64,000 bases of DNA, taken from contig CAIKAF010000021.1 of the NCBI GenBank assembly GCA_903825395.1, positions 25,927-89,926 on the forward strand, written 5' to 3'. The notes under the pieces were generated by a model. It was not told the origin of the DNA, made no database searches, and worked only from the letters and a program-made list of their open reading frames with translations. Source of the DNA: an uncultured Flavobacteriales bacterium. GTDB taxonomy: Bacteria; Bacteroidota; Bacteroidia; CAIKAF01. Position numbers and translations under genes: made by a program. Shown one piece after another: positions 50,119 through 58,280 of this stretch. The stretch's first letter is position 1; the number at the start of each line of letters is the position of its first letter.

Positions 50119-52230
50119 TTACCACCAGCGGCAGCGAATTCCTAGTCCGATTCTTCGTGGTGCTCCGGGCCCATACACATAATTCGGGTCGCGATGTATG
50201 CCTTGCCCATAATCGGTTTGCAGCGCATTGGTCAAGTTGTGTACGCTCAACTCCCCTTCCACTGAAAAACGTTCGGCCAACAGCCATTGTTTTCTGGCGG
50301 TCAGTGCCAATTCCAGCAACTCAGGACTGAGGACAACTGTTGGCCATTCATGCGCATGGTTTGGCATGCGCAGTACATCCATGGGACCCCAGAAACGCAT
50401 ATACCCTGCGACAGACCAGCGATTTTGAGAACCCGGAAACCATTCCGCTCGGACTAAACCGGACCAATGCGGAACCTGCAGCAATCGGTCATGCCAGCCG
50501 GGAATTCCCCATTCTGATTCATCCCAAAGGGATTGGGGTTCATCTAAGGATTGAACATTGGCCGTTCCCTGAGCTTGAAGTTTCCATTGAGTGCCGCTCA
50601 ATTCAAAGTTCATACTGGGCGACACCATCCATAAACCACTGCCGTTGGTTTTCTCTTTTAAAAAATACAGTTCTTCGGCGCTTGTATTTTCCCAAATAAA
50701 AATGCCCGACAACCGCTGAACGGTACAGCGGAGTTGCAATTCCGTGTGCAGGCCCTTGCCCAATTTTCTTTTCCATCTTGCCCAAACCAAGGCCTGGTGG
50801 CCCCGTTCTGGCTTTAAATCGCTTTGCCAAACCACAAAAATGGGCTGAGCTCCCAACATACTTAAATGAATGTCTTCTTCAAAAATTTGTGGTGCCCGCT
50901 GGGTCATTCTATAGCTAACACCCATCTGCCACCGTTCACCAGGCTTCCATTCCAGACCTATTGCGGGAAGCAATGCCGGGAAAAGGGTATTGGAAGTCCA
51001 AGACAGGGAATCTAAGCCGAGCCTTCCTTGGAAAAAATTGGCTAAGCCTTGAATTCCCGCGACCAATTCTAGAATCGGTTTCGGCTTCCACCGCAGCTGA
51101 ATTCCTGCCGAGCCATTCCAAGCCCATTGCTGGAGTTTCCGTTGAAAGCCGGGTGTTGCATCCCTCAGTACATCTCGACCCAATGAGGCATTGAAATTCA
51201 GTTGAAGCCTTGCATTCAATTTCAGTTCAGATTTCCAACCGCCCAGCAGCCAAAATTGATGGCTATCTCCGGCATACTTCAGGGCTTGCCCGGTGGTATC
51301 CGGGCCGGCCACTTCCAATCCATTGCCTCCATAATAACTTTGACGGTTCAGCCCGTTCATAAGCAGAAATGTGGATTGGGAAAAATGAGGGCGAACGGTG
51401 TGGTTCCAAACCAGGTCAGCCGATACCCATTGGTGGCCTATGGTTTCAGCAATCCGGCGTTCCACCGTCGGCAAATGCATATCGCTGCCTCCGCTGCGTG
51501 CATCTACAAGACCTCGAACATTGCATTCCAAGGTATGGTTTGAATTCAGAGCTTGAATCACCTGAAAACCAAAAGTGTTTAATTGAAGTTTAGGGCTTTC
51601 TGAAAACCCGTCGGGATGCACATCCCAGGCCGTTCGATCGCGCCGGCTAAGCCAAATTGAAGCCTGGGTTTTCTTTCCAACCAGAGGTTGGTACAAAGTA
51701 ATCTGCCTATCGCCGGCTCCACCTTCCCAAAGGCTTTGGCGCACAGAAAATACGGCCGTTTGAAGCGCCGGCATATCGGTTTGCAGCTGAATGAGTCCGG
51801 CGGGGAAATTACCGGCCCACTCTTGATGGGCAAGGCCGCTGCGGTCTAGAGAAAGAGAAGACAGAAGTTCAGATGGTAATAATTCAAGGCCATACACCAA
51901 AGCCAATGAGGGCAGAAAGGGCCGACCATTTAACAGCAGACCGGTGTAGGGGCCATTTAGTCCGTCGGTTTGCAATCGACTAAATCCACAGCTTTGACAT
52001 GCATCGGCAACGAACACGCCATTGAGCAGGTGCAGCAGTTCCTTGGCTGAAGGCTGCTGCAAATTCCTTAGCTCGGCAGCTGTCAATTCAATGCCATCAA
52101 GTGCTGCAGAGCCGTATTTCGTATTGGACTGAAAATCAAATGATTTTAAATGAATGGACCGGTTAATACTGTCGGATTTCTGAGCAAGAATGGTGTGTGA
52201 GAGCAATAAAAAAACAAAGACAATCTTCAT
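50119..52230 (-). CDS. TonB-dependent receptor-like outer-membrane beta-barrel protein (compositionally atypical, GC-rich)
   Basis: Signal peptide, plug-like N-terminal region, C-terminal ...IRCRWW aromatic terminus. About 52-60% GC against a roughly 40-45% background; rich in Leu/Gln/Trp/Arg. Confidence 0.65.
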   Translation of the reverse strand: MKIVFVFLLLSHTILAQKSDSINRSIHLKSFDFQSNTKYGSAALDGIELTAAELRNLQQPSAKELLHLLNGVFVADACQSCGFSRLQTDGLNGPYTGLLLNGRPFLPSLALVYGLELLPSELLSSLSLDRSGLAHQEWAGNFPAGLIQLQTDMPALQTAVFSVRQSLWEGGAGDRQITLYQPLVGKKTQASIWLSRRDRTAWDVHPDGFSESPKLQLNTFGFQVIQALNSNHTLECNVRGLVDARSGGSDMHLPTVERRIAETIGHQWVSADLVWNHTVRPHFSQSTFLLMNGLNRQSYYGGNGLEVAGPDTTGQALKYAGDSHQFWLLGGWKSELKLNARLQLNFNASLGRDVLRDATPGFQRKLQQWAWNGSAGIQLRWKPKPILELVAGIQGLANFFQGRLGLDSLSWTSNTLFPALLPAIGLEWKPGERWQMGVSYRMTQRAPQIFEEDIHLSMLGAQPIFVVWQSDLKPERGHQALVWARWKRKLGKGLHTELQLRCTVQRLSGIFIWENTSAEELYFLKEKTNGSGLWMVSPSMNFELSGTQWKLQAQGTANVQSLDEPQSLWDESEWGIPGWHDRLLQVPHWSGLVRAEWFPGSQNRWSVAGYMRFWGPMDVLRMPNHAHEWPTVVLSPELLELALTARKQWLLAERFSVEGELSVHNLTNALQTDYGQGIHRDPNYVYGPGAPRRIGLGIRCRWW

Positions 52231-52284
52231 TTTTTTTAGTCAAATCTAAATATTTTTCTTGAAACGACTAATAATTATTTTTTG

Positions 52285-52438
52285 TTGGGGCGCAATTCCG
52301 GCTGTCATAGGTAGCGTCAATGTACTTGCTGTGGCCGAAAGGGGCTGCGGTGGCTTCCTCTGGTCGCCTCCTCGCCCGTTCGGCCAAACAGCAAGTACGA
52401 TTGCCGGCTACCTTATTCCATCCGGGCGCCGGGCCGCG
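52285..52438. repeat. GC-rich extragenic repeat element, copy 7 (orientation A, diverged)
   Basis: TTGGGGCGCAATTCCGGCTGTCATAGGTAGCGTC ... GGCTTCCTCTGGTCGCCTCCTCGCCC ... with internal inverted repeat GTACTTGCTGTGGCC/GGCCAAACAGCAAGTAC. Matches the consensus with more substitutions. Confidence 0.5.
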
Positions 52439-52705
52439 TAAAAATTAAAGGCCGAAGAAAAAATCCCTTTTGCCCCTGTTGCGATACTTAAATTTTAAAC
52501 TGTGAATTTTTTCTATTCTAGTTCATTTCAGAGATCTGTTCATTAGCGGATTTTATTTGGACAATTCATGCCATAAAAATCAACCACAACATGAACGAGT
52601 AGGAATAAAGGCCGGGCTTAACTTAGCCCAAAAAATAATGACGCTATAAAATACAATGCCCCAGCGATTGCAGCTGGGGCTTTTTTTGTTGGGTTTAGAT
52701 ATGCA

Positions 52706-54199
52706 TCAATACGTAAAAACAACCAATCCATGGCCTTGACGTTGGCCATTTTGCATACTTGCATTGCTAACCCCGCCAGTGTATCCAGATCCACCGCCTC
52801 CGCCAACGGCATAGGAACTTCCGCCTCCGTACCAACCTCCGCCACCGCCGCCAACGTGGTATGAACCCTGGCTGCTGCCCCCCTGACCAAATGAGCCTGG
52901 ATTTCCACCACCGCAACCTGCGGCGCCGCCGGCACTTTGGGTCCCACCTTGTCCTGGGCAGGCTCCATTCCCCGGACCGTTGATACCGGGACTTCCAGCA
53001 TTTCCGCCACCTGCGCCCCCGAATCCATGATCTGGCCCACCGGAGTTTCCTCCGCCTCCTCCTCCGGCAACAATGACTCTATTGTTGAGGGTTTGTCCAT
53101 TGGTACGGACGTCTGAGGCTCCGCCTCCACCTCCGCCATATTGGCCATCGCCACCACCACCATTCCAGCCGCCGGGTCCGTTGGTGGCGGAAGCCGGCTT
53201 TTCGCCAACATAAATGTAAAGTACTTGTCCCGGAGTAACAGACAGATTTCCTTTTGCATATCCGCCATAGCCCCCGTCGTCAGCAAAAGTACCGCCATCG
53301 CCGGGTCCACCTTGTGCGCCATAGCATTCAATTTGAACTGTATTTACGCAGGCTGGAACGGTCCACGACTGAACGTTTCCTGTATAATTAAACGTTGCGG
53401 TATTGCCACCGAAGGGTGGGCAATTGTTGACCGTAATCTGAAGGCTATCTGATGTGGTGCAACCTGCCGAGCTGGTAACCGATAGAAACACCCAGTAGTT
53501 TCCGGCCTGAGTCCATTGTACAACAGGATTTTGAGCTGTAGAGGTGGCTGGATTTCCTGAGCTAAACGACCAGGAATACGAAGCGCCTTGTCCGGTAAAG
53601 GTGGGCGAAAAAGTGGTATTTAAATTAATAGAGGGCGTTGCGGGAGAAAGTGAAAATGTGGAGCTAGGGACTGCAACAGAAATGGAAACAGATCGAGGGG
53701 GAGATTGTCCGCAGGCATTTTGAGAAGAGACTTGTAGTGTACCACCTGTATTACCGAATGTAATTAAAACACTATCCGTATTTGTTCCTGAAACAAGGCT
53801 AGCTCCGCCGGGCAGGGTCCAAACGTAGCCGGTTGCACCTGCAACCGGTAAAATTGAATATCCTACAGAATCGGCGCCAGGGCAATTGAGTAAGGGTCCT
53901 GTAATGGCTGTTGGCTGTGCTGGGGGTGCGGTGCATTCGCAGGCGACGATACCCCAACCATTTGAAAAAAACGCTTCAATGCAATGAGAGGTTAAATTGT
54001 AGATTTCAAGTCCGATGGCAGGAGATTGAATGCTATCTCGTGCTCCGGTGGTTAATCGGGGCAACAACAACCCTTTAGAAGAAGATTTTAATTCCAATAC
54101 AGCACTTGAATGTGGGGCTACAGAATCACCAATCAAAACCCCTTGTCCAATCAAAGCCAAGTTGAAAAAAGAAATAAAAAGAATGGATGCAACTTTCAT
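52706..54199 (-). CDS. Secreted protein with Cys-containing Ig/PKD-like N-terminal region and an extremely glycine-rich C-terminal domain (poly-Gly punctuated by Tyr/Trp)
   Basis: Signal peptide. C-terminal ~200 aa are about 45% Gly (GGGGGNSGGPDHGFGGAGGGNAG..., YHVGGGGGGWYGGGSSYAVGGGGGSGYTGG). The GC-rich DNA also yields a spurious overlapping Ala/Pro-rich ORF in another frame. Confidence 0.6.
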   Translation of the reverse strand: MKVASILFISFFNLALIGQGVLIGDSVAPHSSAVLELKSSSKGLLLPRLTTGARDSIQSPAIGLEIYNLTSHCIEAFFSNGWGIVACECTAPPAQPTAITGPLLNCPGADSVGYSILPVAGATGYVWTLPGGASLVSGTNTDSVLITFGNTGGTLQVSSQNACGQSPPRSVSISVAVPSSTFSLSPATPSINLNTTFSPTFTGQGASYSWSFSSGNPATSTAQNPVVQWTQAGNYWVFLSVTSSAGCTTSDSLQITVNNCPPFGGNTATFNYTGNVQSWTVPACVNTVQIECYGAQGGPGDGGTFADDGGYGGYAKGNLSVTPGQVLYIYVGEKPASATNGPGGWNGGGGDGQYGGGGGGASDVRTNGQTLNNRVIVAGGGGGGNSGGPDHGFGGAGGGNAGSPGINGPGNGACPGQGGTQSAGGAAGCGGGNPGSFGQGGSSQGSYHVGGGGGGWYGGGSSYAVGGGGGSGYTGGVSNASMQNGQRQGHGLVVFTY

Positions 54200-54325
54200 A
54201 GAACTAAGGTATTGAAATAAAAAAAACCAATGGAATAAGAAATGATTTCGCCCACAGAAAATCCGGAGAGCGGTTCATTGTAAAGCTGCTGAATGGCGAT
54301 TTATGTAGAGGCTATACGTTTTGAG

Positions 54326-54476
54326 GGGGCTTGCGGCAGGGATTGAAGAGGCTTGCCCGTAACGGAGGCCTGCAGAGCTGCGCGAGGCGGCAGGAGCGAC
54401 CTTGGGAGCTACCTGCCGGCCGCTGCAGCTGTGCAGGGCAACGGCGGACAAGCCCTGAAAGCCCGTCTGCCGCCTT
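54326..54476. repeat. GC-rich extragenic repeat element, copy 6 (orientation B)
   Basis: GGCTTGCGGCAGGGATTGAAGAGGCTTGCCCG ... AGCGACCTTGGGAGCTACC ... GGACAAGCCCTGAAAGCCCGTCTGCCGCC. Lies immediately 3' of tRNA-Cys on the minus strand. Confidence 0.75.
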
Positions 54477-54479
54477 AAA

Positions 54480-54507
54480 ACAAAAAAGCCCGGTATTCAC
54501 CGAGCTT
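54480..54507 (-). terminator. Intrinsic terminator downstream of tRNA-Cys
   Basis: On the minus strand: AGCTCGG-tgaata-CCGGGCT (one G-U pair) followed by T6. Confidence 0.4.
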
Positions 54508-54516
54508 TAAAGTTAG

Positions 54517-54587
54517 AGGTCCCGAGCGGATTCGAACCGCTGTAGCAGCTTTTGCAGAGCTGAGCCTAGCCACTCGGCCACAGGACC
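54517..54587 (-). tRNA. tRNA-Cys (anticodon GCA)
   Basis: Reverse complement folds as acceptor GGTCCTG/CGGGACC, anticodon stem CAGCT/AGCTG with loop CTGCAAA, T-loop TTCGAAT, discriminator U73 (as expected for tRNA-Cys). No encoded CCA. Confidence 0.8.
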
Positions 54588-54615
54588 AATGGGCTGCAAA
54601 TATACAAGTTTTTGG

Positions 54616-54993
54616 TTAAAACTGTCCGGTATGCAACAGAACTAAGGTACAAGCCGTTTCAATTTGAATTCCAGCTGCCTGCAAGGCCTGAGCCAAGGCG
54701 GGGTTTTCTGTGCCCGGATTAAACATAATCCGCTTGGGCTTCAGCGCAATAAGCTCCTGAAGAAGCGCATTGGAGCGCTGCGCATTGATGTACAGGGTTA
54801 CCGTGTGTATGGAATTGCTGATCGGGAAATCGGGCTGAATGGGAATGCCTTGAATGCTGCCCCTGCGAATGCCATTGAGCTGAACAGAATACCCCTTTTG
54901 CAGCAGCAAAACTGCTGCTTTGTACGCATAGCGACTGGGGTCGGGATGTGCGCCCAAGACCAACACCGGAGTGGAAGAAGGAGGATTAATCAT
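54616..54993 (-). CDS. CoA-binding domain protein (YccU-like)
   Basis: 125 aa; Rossmann-like CoA-binding fold motifs (VLGAHPDPSRYAYKA, KRIMFNPGTEN). Confidence 0.65.
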   Translation of the reverse strand: MINPPSSTPVLVLGAHPDPSRYAYKAAVLLLQKGYSVQLNGIRRGSIQGIPIQPDFPISNSIHTVTLYINAQRSNALLQELIALKPKRIMFNPGTENPALAQALQAAGIQIETACTLVLLHTGQF

Positions 54994-56134
54994 GTGAATG
55001 TGTTGAAGTCTTATCTGGGAAAATCCGTTCCAGATTTTTGAATAAAGCCTCAGCAGATTGTTCCCAGGAAAATTGGGAGGACCTGTTCAATCCCTTTTCA
55101 ATGCATTGTTGACGCAGTTCTTGGTTGTACAACAGCTGTTCAATGCCCTGTTTAATGTGTTGAACATCGGTAGGATTCACCAGCACTGCGGCATCTGCGG
55201 CCACTTCTGGCAGCGAAGTTGAATTGGAGGTCAGCACGGGAACGCCGCAGGCCATGGCCTCCAGAACCGGAATGCCAAACCCTTCAAACAGCGAGGGCAG
55301 CAATAGTCCGTCAGCGGCACCAATGACCTCGGCCACCTGAGGCCGTTGCAGGCGGCCGGTAAAATTCAATTTGTTTGGATTTTTCATGGTTTTCACCACC
55401 GAATTCAATTCAGTTCCGGACCACATGGGTTCACCTACCAGCAGCAGATTGGGAGCCTGGGGATTTTCCGACCAGATGGCATCCAAGGCTTGGAGCAAAC
55501 GAGGAATGTTTTTTCTTGGCAATTGAGCCCCTACAAAAACCAGGTAAGGCTTCCCCTGATTAAACTGAGCTTGAATTTGGTTGATTTTAGACTCTTCCAA
55601 TGGCTTAAAATCAGTCCCGGCGGCATTGTAAACAACAGAAACTTTGGAAGCTGGGATACCAAGCCTCTGCTGAATATCTAGGGCGGAAAATTGGGAAACA
55701 GTAACCAAAACCTGGGCTTGCCGCGCATAAATGGGGAAAAAGTGCTTAAAGTAAAGGCGGGTAAGCAGGGGAATATTTTCGGGAGCTTCTAGAAAATTTA
55801 AATCGTGGAGCACCACCAATTTGGGGAGGGCGGACGGGACGCTCCAGCCATCGGGCGATAGAAAAACGTCAGCCCCGTATTTTTTTAAAATGCGTGGTAT
55901 TTCCCAGTGAAAGCGCAAATACCAAAGAAGGGGGTGGCGGCTGGGCAATCGGGTAGAAATCCAGTGTACATTGTTGGGGAAATTCCACCGGGCATCTGTA
56001 GGGCGGTCGCTGATAAACAGAAAATCATGCTCCGGATGGTTAGAACACATCCTCCACAGCGTTTCATAGGCAAATCGACCGATCCCTTCCAGGCGGTCGA
56101 ACAAAAGCAATTGAGCATTTACGGCTATTTTCAC
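54986..56134 (-). CDS. Glycosyltransferase, group 1 (GT4 family)
   Basis: C-terminal GT-B motifs (EGFGIPVLEAMACGVPVLTSN); 382 aa. Confidence 0.8.
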   Translation of the reverse strand: MKIAVNAQLLLFDRLEGIGRFAYETLWRMCSNHPEHDFLFISDRPTDARWNFPNNVHWISTRLPSRHPLLWYLRFHWEIPRILKKYGADVFLSPDGWSVPSALPKLVVLHDLNFLEAPENIPLLTRLYFKHFFPIYARQAQVLVTVSQFSALDIQQRLGIPASKVSVVYNAAGTDFKPLEESKINQIQAQFNQGKPYLVFVGAQLPRKNIPRLLQALDAIWSENPQAPNLLLVGEPMWSGTELNSVVKTMKNPNKLNFTGRLQRPQVAEVIGAADGLLLPSLFEGFGIPVLEAMACGVPVLTSNSTSLPEVAADAAVLVNPTDVQHIKQGIEQLLYNQELRQQCIEKGLNRSSQFSWEQSAEALFKNLERIFPDKTSTHSHD

Positions 56135-56165
56135 CTACCTTTGGACTTAGAACAAAAGTACCGCA

Positions 56166-56939
56166 TTGAACGGGAATATGACAGCAAAAACGCGCATAGA
56201 AAACGAAAAGGCGTTCCATAACGAATCTTTTTCAACGGGATTAAGGAGCCAAATCGATTCGTATTACGAGATATTTATTGGTATTCGGGCTGAATTTAAA
56301 AAACGGGTATCTCATTCTATTCAAGGAAAAAGAGCCTTGGAATTGGGCTGTGGACCCACCACCTTTAGTCCGGAGTTTTCGCATTTGGCTTCGCACATTA
56401 AAGGGATTGACATTTCGGAGGAAGCCGTTCGGCAGTCGGAGGAAATTGCGAAAAAAAACGGATTGAATAACGTTGATTTTGAGGTTATGAATGCCGAAGA
56501 ATTAAGCCTGCCTGCGCAGTCAATCCACCTAATCTTTGGTTCAGGGATTATTCATCACCTAGATTTGACCGCCTTTTACATGGAGGCTCGCCGGGTACTT
56601 GTACCCGAGGGGAGAATATTATTTATGGAGCCGCTTGGCCACAATCCCATCATCAATGCCTACCGTAAATTAACGCCCGGCATGCGCACTCCCGACGAAC
56701 ACCCCTTATTAAAAAAAGATTTAATTCAATTGTCTCAAAACTTTGAAAATCTGAACATTAAATACTATTATTTTTGGTCATTATTTGCCATTCCACTCCG
56801 CAGATTTAAGCTATTCAAACCGGCATTGCGTGTACTAGACGGGTTGGATCAACTGATGTTCAAATGGATTCCGGGAAGCAAGAATTGGGCTTGGTATGCT
56901 CTTTTGGATGCCTCGAACCCAAAACCTTTACCCCAATGA
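56166..56939 (+). CDS. Class I SAM-dependent methyltransferase
   Basis: Motif I ALELGCGPTT, motif II/III spacing, 257 aa. Confidence 0.75.
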   Translation: MNGNMTAKTRIENEKAFHNESFSTGLRSQIDSYYEIFIGIRAEFKKRVSHSIQGKRALELGCGPTTFSPEFSHLASHIKGIDISEEAVRQSEEIAKKNGLNNVDFEVMNAEELSLPAQSIHLIFGSGIIHHLDLTAFYMEARRVLVPEGRILFMEPLGHNPIINAYRKLTPGMRTPDEHPLLKKDLIQLSQNFENLNIKYYYFWSLFAIPLRRFKLFKPALRVLDGLDQLMFKWIPGSKNWAWYALLDASNPKPLPQ

Positions 56940-57604
56940 AAAAGTGGTTAATCTTCATAGGGCTGGCGGTGTTGAGTTCTGTGCTAACCGCTCAAAAAAC
57001 CCAGTTGGCCGTATTGAAATACAATGGCGGGGGGGATTGGTATGCCAATCCCACTTCCCTACCCAATTTGGTTCGATTTTGTCAAAAAGAATTGGGGATG
57101 AACCTGAACTCAGAGGTGGCCGTGGTGGAGCCCGGCAGTTCGGAATTGTACCGCTATCCTTGGATTCATGCTACAGGGCATGGTAACTTTAAATTGAGCA
57201 ATTCCGAAATTCAGCAGCTTCGAACCTATCTGCTGTCGGGGGGATTTTTACATATTGATGACAATTATGGCATGGACAGCTATGTTCGAGCCGAATTAAA
57301 GCGCTTGTTTCCTGATAAAACCTTAGAGGCATTGGGCAGGAACCATCCTATATTTAAAGAGCCATATTCATTTCCACAAGGTTTGCCTAAAATTCACGAG
57401 CACGATGGAAAAGCTCCAGAGGCCTTGGCCATCATGCATGAAGGACGAATTTTGCTTTTATACACCTTTGAATGCGATTTGGGCGATGGTTGGGAAGACC
57501 CAGAGGTGCATGGAGATTCCCCTGAGACACGCTTAAAGGCCTTAAGAATGGGGGCCAACATTCTTCATTGGGTCTTTATGGGCCAGCAATACATGGGTAA
57601 TTAA
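56936..57604 (+). CDS. DUF4159-like secreted protein
   Basis: Signal peptide MKKWLIFIGLAVLSSVLTAQ; conserved KYNGGGDWYANP segment. Start overlaps the methyltransferase stop (ATGA). Confidence 0.5.
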   Translation: MKKWLIFIGLAVLSSVLTAQKTQLAVLKYNGGGDWYANPTSLPNLVRFCQKELGMNLNSEVAVVEPGSSELYRYPWIHATGHGNFKLSNSEIQQLRTYLLSGGFLHIDDNYGMDSYVRAELKRLFPDKTLEALGRNHPIFKEPYSFPQGLPKIHEHDGKAPEALAIMHEGRILLLYTFECDLGDGWEDPEVHGDSPETRLKALRMGANILHWVFMGQQYMGN

Positions 57605-57641
57605 ACACCAGGCATTGACCCAACTCGAAGAAATTGGGTAC

Positions 57642-58190
57642 TTAATTATACTGAACCCAGCGTTGTGCCTTTAGATACCTGAACACCTTCGCTTTTTCAG
57701 ACCTGTAAATCCATTGAAAGGAAGCGTTGGTAAATGCATACATTAGAATAATAGGCAGAAGCCAAACCAACACATTCAGCCATGGATTTAAAAAAGGTTT
57801 AGGATAAATCCACCAATACAGCCCATAAACGACACCCAGGTAAAAAACATTAAATGGAGAAAAAGGGTTTGACATTTGAAGTCGTACGATGCTTCCTTTT
57901 TCAGCCTGGGGTTTTGGCTGCCACTGAATACGGATTTTAATTCTGCGCTGCCAGGGGTTTTGGGCATTGCGCACGGCTACCAAACTGTTGGCACGAAACC
58001 GACCGGAGTACGGAAATTCGGGAGATCCTGAACGCATAAAGTACAAAGGGTCAGGTTGCACTACCCTGCTTAATTCAAGCCTTAATTGATCTATATTCAA
58101 ATCTGATTTTAGAACATACGACCTAAAAGGCAGCAATCGCAACCAAGCTCGACGGTACCAAAAACGTAAGGCATGAACAAACACACTCAA
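57642..58190 (-). CDS. Hypothetical membrane protein
   Basis: 182 aa; two or three hydrophobic helices in the C-terminal half; no motif. Confidence 0.4.
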   Translation of the reverse strand: MSVFVHALRFWYRRAWLRLLPFRSYVLKSDLNIDQLRLELSRVVQPDPLYFMRSGSPEFPYSGRFRANSLVAVRNAQNPWQRRIKIRIQWQPKPQAEKGSIVRLQMSNPFSPFNVFYLGVVYGLYWWIYPKPFLNPWLNVLVWLLPIILMYAFTNASFQWIYRSEKAKVFRYLKAQRWVQYN

Positions 58191-58280
58191 AGTTACCTAA
58201 AACTTAGTTACCGAATTAAGGGTGCATGATGGATCTGGGATAAGCGGCCAAGAGGAGCAGGTTTTGTATCTTGTAAAACC

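Noticed and set aside
52618-53331. 237-aa Ala/Pro/Val-rich ORF on the minus strand
   Set aside because: Different frame of the GC-rich DNA encoding the poly-Gly domain of the 52706-54199 gene. No signal peptide or start context; the Gly-rich frame has a signal peptide and a continuous ORF.
641-54476. Possibility that the seven GC-rich repeats form a CRISPR array
   Set aside because: Copies are kilobases apart, about 150 bp long, in both orientations and separated by genes. There is no short regularly spaced repeat-spacer architecture and no cas genes.
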